Origin: a virus | Taxonomy: Duplodnaviria > Caudoviricetes | Virus record (IMG/VR): IMGVR_UViG_3300050505_000036 | Location: 1 to 52,231 of that record | Direction: 5' to 3' (one strand) | DNA: 52,231 nt | In this document: positions 46,541 through 52,231 of the stretch, piece by piece | Numbering within the stretch: the first letter of the stretch is position 1 | How the letters are laid out: each line of letters opens with the position of its first letter | Translations under genes and position numbers: made by a program | Notes under the pieces: generated by a model | Seen by the model: the letters and a program-made list of their open reading frames with translations, nothing else | Database searches by the model: none | Told to the model about the DNA's origin: nothing

Positions 46541-46811
46541 GACATCCCCTCGAAAACCACTTCCCCTCGAACGTAGCTGGCGGCATACTCCCGTCCGCCA
46601 GCCATTTCAGCAGTCGGTCGTTCTGGGCTTCCAGGTTCCGCTGCCGATGTTCGCACTCCCGCTGCTCAAACTCGATGCCTTCCATGCGATCCGCCACCAC
46701 TCGCTCGCCATTCCGCACTTCGGCCAACTGCCGGCCATCCATGTACGCTGCGCCGGCGCATGCCAGGACGAGCGTGAGCAAGCAGAGGAAGATTTCTTGC
46801 GGCCAACTCAC
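46401..46811 (-). CDS. N-terminal TM + coiled-coil protein (3' end doubtful)
   Basis: IFLCLLTLVLACAGAAY; last ~45 codons overlap the next gene. Confidence 0.55.
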   Translation of the reverse strand: MSWPQEIFLCLLTLVLACAGAAYMDGRQLAEVRNGERVVADRMEGIEFEQRECEHRQRNLEAQNDRLLKWLADGSMPPATFEGKWFSRGCRDHRRNPGQATRPAREDFSTQERARSPSQRMPARTPRQHWRLFAER

Positions 46812-47137
46812 GCGAACTTTCTCCCCTCGGTATCGTCCGTCAAAACTCCGTCCGTCAAATGGCCGTGATACTGTCCCTGATGATTGATGCTCGGCGTGAC
46901 CGTCACGTTCGGCGGTTCTCCGGTTCGCTTCCAACTGCGGCTGTCGATCAGCCATTCCACGTTGCTCGGCAGTTTGCAGGTCAGCCGTGGCACGTCGCCC
47001 GGTTCTTGAAATCGGTAATCGAACCACATGGCACCCGGCTTCAGGTCGTCCCATTGCAACGACCAAGCGGGGTTTCCCGGCATGCGGAAAACAAAACCGT
47101 TCGGATGTTGCTCGACCATGTAGCAAGGCCAACTCAC
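46808..47137 (-). CDS. DUF6527-like protein
   Basis: W...G..PNVTVTPSI...YHGHLTDGVL. Confidence 0.65.
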   Translation of the reverse strand: MSWPCYMVEQHPNGFVFRMPGNPAWSLQWDDLKPGAMWFDYRFQEPGDVPRLTCKLPSNVEWLIDSRSWKRTGEPPNVTVTPSINHQGQYHGHLTDGVLTDDTEGRKFA

Positions 47138-47286
47138 GGCACCCTCGCCCCCAACAGCAACAGCACGCCGGCCACGAGGGCGGCGATGCCCGTTATCGGG
47201 TGCATCCAAACGATTTGAATGTTCGTCACCGCTGCGAACCCGGTCAGCAGCAGAAACACCGCCAAGGCTAGATTGGCAAATCTCAT
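47134..47286 (-). CDS. Small two-TM protein (holin-like)
   Basis: 50 aa, two hydrophobic helices. Confidence 0.6.
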   Translation of the reverse strand: MRFANLALAVFLLLTGFAAVTNIQIVWMHPITGIAALVAGVLLLLGARVP

Positions 47287-47621
47287 TCGGTCAATTCCCT
47301 TCCCAGCAGCATGGCCGCGATAATGCAGGCACCATCCACAAAGTGAAACTTCGGGCACACGAACAAAGCGAACTCATGGCCAAGCTCGCGAGCAAACTCG
47401 AAAAAGGCATCCGTGTTATTCGGCGTCGGCGTTGGCCTGCCAAGTCTCAACGAAAGATCCCTGATGCGGTCCATATATGGGGCAAATGCTTCGCGAAGCT
47501 CCGGTTTGGTAACGTACATGTCGCTCATATCCAAGTCCTTACGCCATCCGTTGAACTCTTCGAGGCTCAAGGCCATTAGCCTCTGTGGTTCCACGTTCAT
47601 TTTCATTTCGCCGCTGCTCAT
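47283..47621 (-). CDS. Hypothetical protein
   Basis: ATGA coupling. Confidence 0.55.
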   Translation of the reverse strand: MSSGEMKMNVEPQRLMALSLEEFNGWRKDLDMSDMYVTKPELREAFAPYMDRIRDLSLRLGRPTPTPNNTDAFFEFARELGHEFALFVCPKFHFVDGACIIAAMLLGRELTE

Positions 47622-47902
47622 TTGGGCTCCTGCGGCTTGTGAATTCCGATCACTCCAGCCTCGATTGATTCCCCGATTCCACGGTCGACTTGCAGCCGAC
47701 GCATCAACTCCAACTTGTCCCGCATGATGTCCATTTCCCGCTGCCGCGCCTTGGCATTCTCCCGATCGTTCCAGAGCGAGTGAACCCGCAGACAAAGCAC
47801 GATGACGTACCAGACGGCGCCACTGAGGGCCGCAATGGCGCCCATTCCTGCACCAATCGCGATAATCCATTCTCGTACATCGTTCACGTCTCCTGCCCTC
47901 AA
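47618..47902 (-). CDS. Single-TM + coiled-coil membrane protein
   Basis: WIIAIGAGMGAIAALSGAVWYVIVLCL. Confidence 0.6.
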   Translation of the reverse strand: MRAGDVNDVREWIIAIGAGMGAIAALSGAVWYVIVLCLRVHSLWNDRENAKARQREMDIMRDKLELMRRLQVDRGIGESIEAGVIGIHKPQEPK

Positions 47903-48102
47903 AGGGTTTTAATCATCAGGTATTCAAATCTGCTCTCTAAAAACCCCGCGAACCAATCCCTCCTATCCGTGCCGCCAGTTGCGTAAGGATTCGTGTCAAT
48001 GTGCCGCCCCGCCTTATGGGCTGAATAGCCGCGATTCCAAGCTGTGCGAGACACGCTTGACGGTAGCGGCTGCTCTGAACATTGGATCGGCTTGCGAACC
48101 AC
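47899..48102 (-). CDS. Ribosome modulation factor (Rmf)-like protein
   Basis: AWNRGYSA..AGR....NPY.....RRDWFAGF matches the RMF pattern. Confidence 0.65.
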   Translation of the reverse strand: MVRKPIQCSEQPLPSSVSRTAWNRGYSAHKAGRHIDTNPYATGGTDRRDWFAGFLESRFEYLMIKTL

Positions 48103-48104
48103 AT

Positions 48105-48284
48105 TTATTTTCCAAGAACCACTTTCAACTCTGCCAGCGGCCTTGACGCCTCGCATGGATTGTCGACCACGAAAAACTCCGTCGTGACTGCCTCAATTCG
48201 CCCGAACTGCCCGCGAACGTAAGCCATCGCCTCCATGTCGTCGTCCTTGTCCGCGAGCGATAATCGAATTTCCTGGACAGTCAT
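48105..48284 (-). CDS. Small hypothetical protein
   Basis: ATGA coupling. Confidence 0.5.
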   Translation of the reverse strand: MTVQEIRLSLADKDDDMEAMAYVRGQFGRIEAVTTEFFVVDNPCEASRPLAELKVVLGK

Positions 48285-48499
48285 GCGGGTTCTGCCTCTC
48301 GACTGATGCGAGCCAGCCGGGCAACCTCGTCTCGAATGGCGGACGCTGCGAATCGGCAATGATCCCTCACTTGGCCAAGGTTCAGGATGGAAGCCCATGT
48401 GGCAATCACGTCAAGTTCTCTCGCCTTTTTATTGAGCGTATCGACCCACCCATCTTCCATTGCTGGTCCCATTGCACTTATCACGACGGTCATGTTCAA
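48281..48499 (-). CDS. Small hypothetical protein
   Basis: ORF track. Confidence 0.45.
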   Translation of the reverse strand: MNMTVVISAMGPAMEDGWVDTLNKKARELDVIATWASILNLGQVRDHCRFAASAIRDEVARLARISREAEPA

Positions 48500-48589
48500 A
48501 ACATCCCGGCCCTCAGTTGGTCGACCTCATGCCGACACGAGCCGGGCGTGAGTCCTTTCGGTAGCGATGGATCACCGACCTTTCTGGGT

Positions 48590-48955
48590 TTAGTAACCGA
48601 AGCCAACACCAAAGCCCACGTTCGGATGCACGACTTGCACGGGTGCCGCGAACCCAGCCCCGTAGCCGAATCCCGCATTGAAGCCTGGATGCACGCCAAC
48701 AGCGAACCCCCGGTTGACTCCGTAGCCGAAGCCGTTACCGACAAATCCGTGGTTCACAAAGACTCGCGGCTGAACGACGGATCGACTGGACCACGGATGC
48801 ACGAAGCCACGGTTGACGACCGCACCGCCGTAGCCGACTCCGAAACCTCGATTGACCACGACGCCACGGCCAACGCCGAAGCGGTGGAATGCCTGGGCCT
48901 CGCTGGCCACGGCAAGGGCCGCCAGGGCGATGATGATGAGAAGGAACTTTTTCAT
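48590..48955 (-). CDS. Secreted Gly/aromatic-rich repeat protein
   Basis: Signal peptide MKKFLLIIIALAALAVASEAQA; VNRGF / GFGYG / VHP repeats; AGGAG RBS. Confidence 0.8.
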   Translation of the reverse strand: MKKFLLIIIALAALAVASEAQAFHRFGVGRGVVVNRGFGVGYGGAVVNRGFVHPWSSRSVVQPRVFVNHGFVGNGFGYGVNRGFAVGVHPGFNAGFGYGAGFAAPVQVVHPNVGFGVGFGY

Positions 48956-48971
48956 GTTGAATCTCCTGGGG

Positions 48972-49235
48972 TTAAAGTTCCACTGGCACGCCAAGCTGCT
49001 TGGCCATGTCGCGGATGATCTGTTTCTTGCTTTCCAATTCGCAATTCGGTTGGCCGGTCGCTTCGTCGAACCGCTTCGCCGCTCGCATCAGCTTCAGGAA
49101 TTCCTCAAACTGCTCTTTCGTCGGGCCAGGCGGTTCAGACTTCGGTATCGGGCCAAAGATCATTGGCTCAGGCATCGCCGTGTATTTCGGCCATTGCTGA
49201 ATCCCGTAATCCATGACCACACTCAAACTGCACAC
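48972..49235 (-). CDS. Conserved small phage protein
   Basis: MC..SVVMDY...AAKRFDEATGQPNCE..K; AGGAG RBS. Confidence 0.65.
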   Translation of the reverse strand: MCSLSVVMDYGIQQWPKYTAMPEPMIFGPIPKSEPPGPTKEQFEEFLKLMRAAKRFDEATGQPNCELESKKQIIRDMAKQLGVPVEL

Positions 49236-49256
49236 GGATGATCTCCTGTTGCTGAG

Positions 49257-50090
49257 TTATCGTTGCTTCGTTTGCCGGGCGAACGCCTGCTGAATGAACG
49301 GGGTCAAAACCATCGTCTCAGGGAACGTCAAGGCGCCGGTTTTCGGCATGCGTTTGGCCGGGTCTGGCGAAGTTAGCCGTTGGCCGATCCTGATCCATTG
49401 CTCGTCCGTCAATAGCGACGGGTCCGCCAAGGATAGGTTCCCCTCGGTCTTATCAATGTGGCATTCCTTGCACGCCGTTTGAAACACGGTCGATACCGCT
49501 AGCCACTGGTCGCCGGTCTGCACCACGCCCTGCGTTTGCGGTTGAACCTGTGGAGACCAGCCAGGCCATTGTGGCTGCTGTGGCTGAGCCCGATACGAGA
49601 TGAGCGAATCGGCAAGCCGTCCGCTCTTGACGATTTCGAGGGCCTGACTGATGAGCCCGGTAGCTGCCTGAATCTTGGCCGTCTCGGCATTACCATTGGC
49701 CTCGATTTCCGCCACCCTCGCGAGAGGTCCGCCAAGTCCTGCAATGGTTTGCTCGGTCAAGGCGTTGGCCTGAGAGGCATAGAGAGCGGCGTCCGCGTTG
49801 TTCTGCTGTTGCTTGAGAATCGCTTGGCCAAGGTCCAGCCGTCCGTACAACGCAACGAAATCCCGCGTCGTGGGAATCCCGTAGCCGCCCACTGATTGCC
49901 CTTGGATTGCAGCCGGAGCAGCGTAATTGATCGTGTATTGGTACGTTACGGAACTCTGATGCGTGTTGTAGTTTGGGGTCGGATACGTGTATGTCGGCCG
50001 CACATAACAACGATTGCTGTAACACGGACCACCCGCAAACGCCGGAGACGCAAGAAAGCCAATCAGCAGAGCAGTTATTGCACTTTTCAC
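49257..50090 (-). CDS. Secreted protein with C-terminal planctomycete-type cytochrome c domain
   Basis: Signal peptide ending PAFA; VFQTACKECH...GNLSL...RMPK (CxxCH plus distal Met). Confidence 0.8.
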   Translation of the reverse strand: MKSAITALLIGFLASPAFAGGPCYSNRCYVRPTYTYPTPNYNTHQSSVTYQYTINYAAPAAIQGQSVGGYGIPTTRDFVALYGRLDLGQAILKQQQNNADAALYASQANALTEQTIAGLGGPLARVAEIEANGNAETAKIQAATGLISQALEIVKSGRLADSLISYRAQPQQPQWPGWSPQVQPQTQGVVQTGDQWLAVSTVFQTACKECHIDKTEGNLSLADPSLLTDEQWIRIGQRLTSPDPAKRMPKTGALTFPETMVLTPFIQQAFARQTKQR

Positions 50091-50100
50091 TTTAAGTCTC

Positions 50101-50646
50101 CTAGACAACATGCTTCCATCCATCACCAGACACGACGCGGCGAATGATTCCCTGAGAAACGCCGTAATCCTTAGAAATCTTGAGATTGCTTTCACCCGTG
50201 CGTGCCTTGCGCTCGCGAATCTCAACGACTTGCACTTCGGTCAGTTTTGCGTTGCCGTGGCGAGAGCCAATGTTGCCGGTTCCATGTAACGAGCGGTCAT
50301 GCACATTTGACTTGATCGTATCCCAGCGAAGATTCGACGGGCGACAATCGGTTTTGACGCCGTTGTTGTGGCAGCAATGGAATCCATCTGGACGCTGGCC
50401 AACGAACGCGAGCAGAATCATGGCGTGAACGTAAACGAGCTTCATTTGACCGTCTTCCGTAATCAACTGCTGAACGTAGTAGCCGGTTCTCGCCAGAGTC
50501 GGAGACATTTTCCTCAACTCAAATAGCTTCCGACCGTTTCCGCGACGGTATGGGCTCCAAAGGCTTCCATCGTCCCCAGCCATGTAGTTGGGAAATCCTG
50601 GGATTGGACGTAGCTCGATTTGCGCAGTATGTTCACTGCTAGACAT
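50101..50646 (-). CDS. HNH homing endonuclease (NUMOD4-like), paralog of 6732..7253
   Basis: RPIPGFPNY, VH..ILLAFVG, CCHNNG..NLRWDT, AKLTE..V.EIR. Confidence 0.85.
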   Translation of the reverse strand: MSSSEHTAQIELRPIPGFPNYMAGDDGSLWSPYRRGNGRKLFELRKMSPTLARTGYYVQQLITEDGQMKLVYVHAMILLAFVGQRPDGFHCCHNNGVKTDCRPSNLRWDTIKSNVHDRSLHGTGNIGSRHGNAKLTEVQVVEIRERKARTGESNLKISKDYGVSQGIIRRVVSGDGWKHVV

Positions 50647-50732
50647 GACGGACCTCCAGGGGTTCGTGGTGTTTAGGGTGGGGGACGGTGAACAAGACCG
50701 TCTCTCGCCCGTTATTCTACAAGATGGGAGTC

Positions 50733-52231
50733 TCATTTTACGACCCCCTCTTTCTGTTCCTGCTCTTTCTGCTTGATCTTTTCGCCGTCAACCCGCAACT
50801 GTTCAGCGGCAAATCGCAAGGCAAGGTCTGGCGCCACTCGCTCGGCGTCCGCCATGACACTACTCAGTTCCGCGCGATAGGCTCCAATGACCTGATCCTC
50901 GCCGCCAAGGATTGGGAATGCCTTCTCGAATTCAACCGCCACCTTATCGTCATCTGCTTCGATGCCTGCGATCATCCGTAGCATCTTCTTGGCATTAACA
51001 TTCTCAAACCAGTAACCGGCGTACACGTCGGCAATGACCTTATGGGCCTCGGCAACCAACATGCCACTGATGGCGTTGACTTCCAGTTCGTAATTGTTCC
51101 TGGCTTGAATCAGCGGCTCCAAAGGCTGTCCCTTGAATTTCCTTGCAATGGTCCGCACCGCGTCCGGCTGATTCCGTCGTGTGAAGTCGTCGATAATATC
51201 GAAGCCCTTCTCGAACATGACACGAAGGTCGTTCTGGTAGGGCTTCCATCCTCGGTCTGTTCCGAGTCCGTGGCAGCGAATGCAACCGATGATCTCAAGT
51301 CGCTTCGTGTATCTCCCTGGCACCGTTTGATCGGTCGCCACGTCGGGAGGAACTTCGGTGGCGAAGTCGCCTTTATTGTTGAATAAGGCATAGTGCTGCA
51401 ATGGATCGGCTGCAATTCCTTCGCGAGCATCATCCACGTCGAGCAACAGATTGTGAATCGGTGACTTGCCAGCGGTTCCGGTATTCTGGTCCTTCAAGTC
51501 GTGGGTCAGTCCGATCGTGGCCGGTCCATCCGTGGGAGAACTAGCCACACCGTAGAACAGATCGGCACGGCGCATCTTTCCAGTTACGTCGCTGACAAGA
51601 ATGATCGACCGGGCATCGCCGTCGAGCCCTCGGATAAGGTTCTCGTTGGCGCCGAACAGTTCGAGCCAAGCATCTTGCTCGGTCTTGTGCTTCGGCAAAT
51701 CCTTCTTGCGCAGGTATCGCTGGAACTCGTAATACCTGCCAGGACTGAACGGGGACTTGTTCACCGTCGAAAGTCCTACACCAACGAACCAGTCAGCCCG
51801 CAGGATGGGTGCTCGGCTTCCGGTCAGCGTGACCAGCAGCAAGTGTTCCTGAAGGTTGTACGCAAGGCTGGGCTCATTCCGCAGGGCCTTATCGTAGGTC
51901 TTGCCGTCTGCTGCCTTGTATCTCGGCACGCTGACCAGTTGCTTGCTATGGAACCAAGGGTCGATGTCCGCCAGCCGCTCCCACTCGCTGACCAGCTTCA
52001 CCAGGTCTTTCGAGTCGAGGGCCAATTTTTCCAGGTCCACCCGCAACAGCGTATCGCGTCCGCCCCATGCCGGCTGATGATGGATCTTCGATCGGTTCGC
52101 CGCCAAGTTCACGGCCAACGCCATGCCGCCAGCCAGTTCCTTGGAAGGTTCCTGCATCCATAGGTATCGCTGGTATCGTGCGCGGGCTGGCTCGTTCTGC
52201 ATGACGCCGGCCATGTCCTGCGCAGCAAGGC
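50733..52231 (-). CDS. Large CxxCH-motif protein, 5'-truncated by window edge
   Basis: IGCIRCHG; RADWF; frame open to the window end. Confidence 0.75.
   Translation of the reverse strand, partial: LAAQDMAGVMQNEPARARYQRYLWMQEPSKELAGGMALAVNLAANRSKIHHQPAWGGRDTLLRVDLEKLALDSKDLVKLVSEWERLADIDPWFHSKQLVSVPRYKAADGKTYDKALRNEPSLAYNLQEHLLLVTLTGSRAPILRADWFVGVGLSTVNKSPFSPGRYYEFQRYLRKKDLPKHKTEQDAWLELFGANENLIRGLDGDARSIILVSDVTGKMRRADLFYGVASSPTDGPATIGLTHDLKDQNTGTAGKSPIHNLLLDVDDAREGIAADPLQHYALFNNKGDFATEVPPDVATDQTVPGRYTKRLEIIGCIRCHGLGTDRGWKPYQNDLRVMFEKGFDIIDDFTRRNQPDAVRTIARKFKGQPLEPLIQARNNYELEVNAISGMLVAEAHKVIADVYAGYWFENVNAKKMLRMIAGIEADDDKVAVEFEKAFPILGGEDQVIGAYRAELSSVMADAERVAPDLALRFAAEQLRVDGEKIKQKEQEQKEGVVK

Overview
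The whole window is one temperate, HK97/lambda-like tailed phage (probably siphovirus-like) with no host chromosomal genes, mostly encoded on the - strand. Left to right: small nin-like genes, RusA, a prim-pol/DnaB-type primase-helicase fusion, RNase H, a replication initiator with internal iterons, RecT/RecE-like recombination genes, CsrA, an excisionase-like HTH, an intact attP (3' half of tRNA-Asp GTC), a tyrosine integrase with a few + strand accessory genes, then tail, head, terminase, a putative appendage/fibre cluster, small membrane genes and a module of CxxCH (heme c motif) proteins running off the right end. An intact attP with phage genes on both sides suggests the excised or virion form. 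The host is inferred to be a planctomycete (planctomycete-type cytochrome c domain, Gly-rich secreted protein, CsrA). Most notable: (1) phage-encoded c-type cytochrome-motif proteins; (2) a conserved promoter plus two-hairpin leader in front of three HNH genes; (3) a fibre cluster upstream of terminase with a shared C-terminal motif; (4) recurrent leaderless genes, an apparent ATA start, and CsrA plus an RMF-like protein. All calls come from motif recognition by eye; no searches were run.
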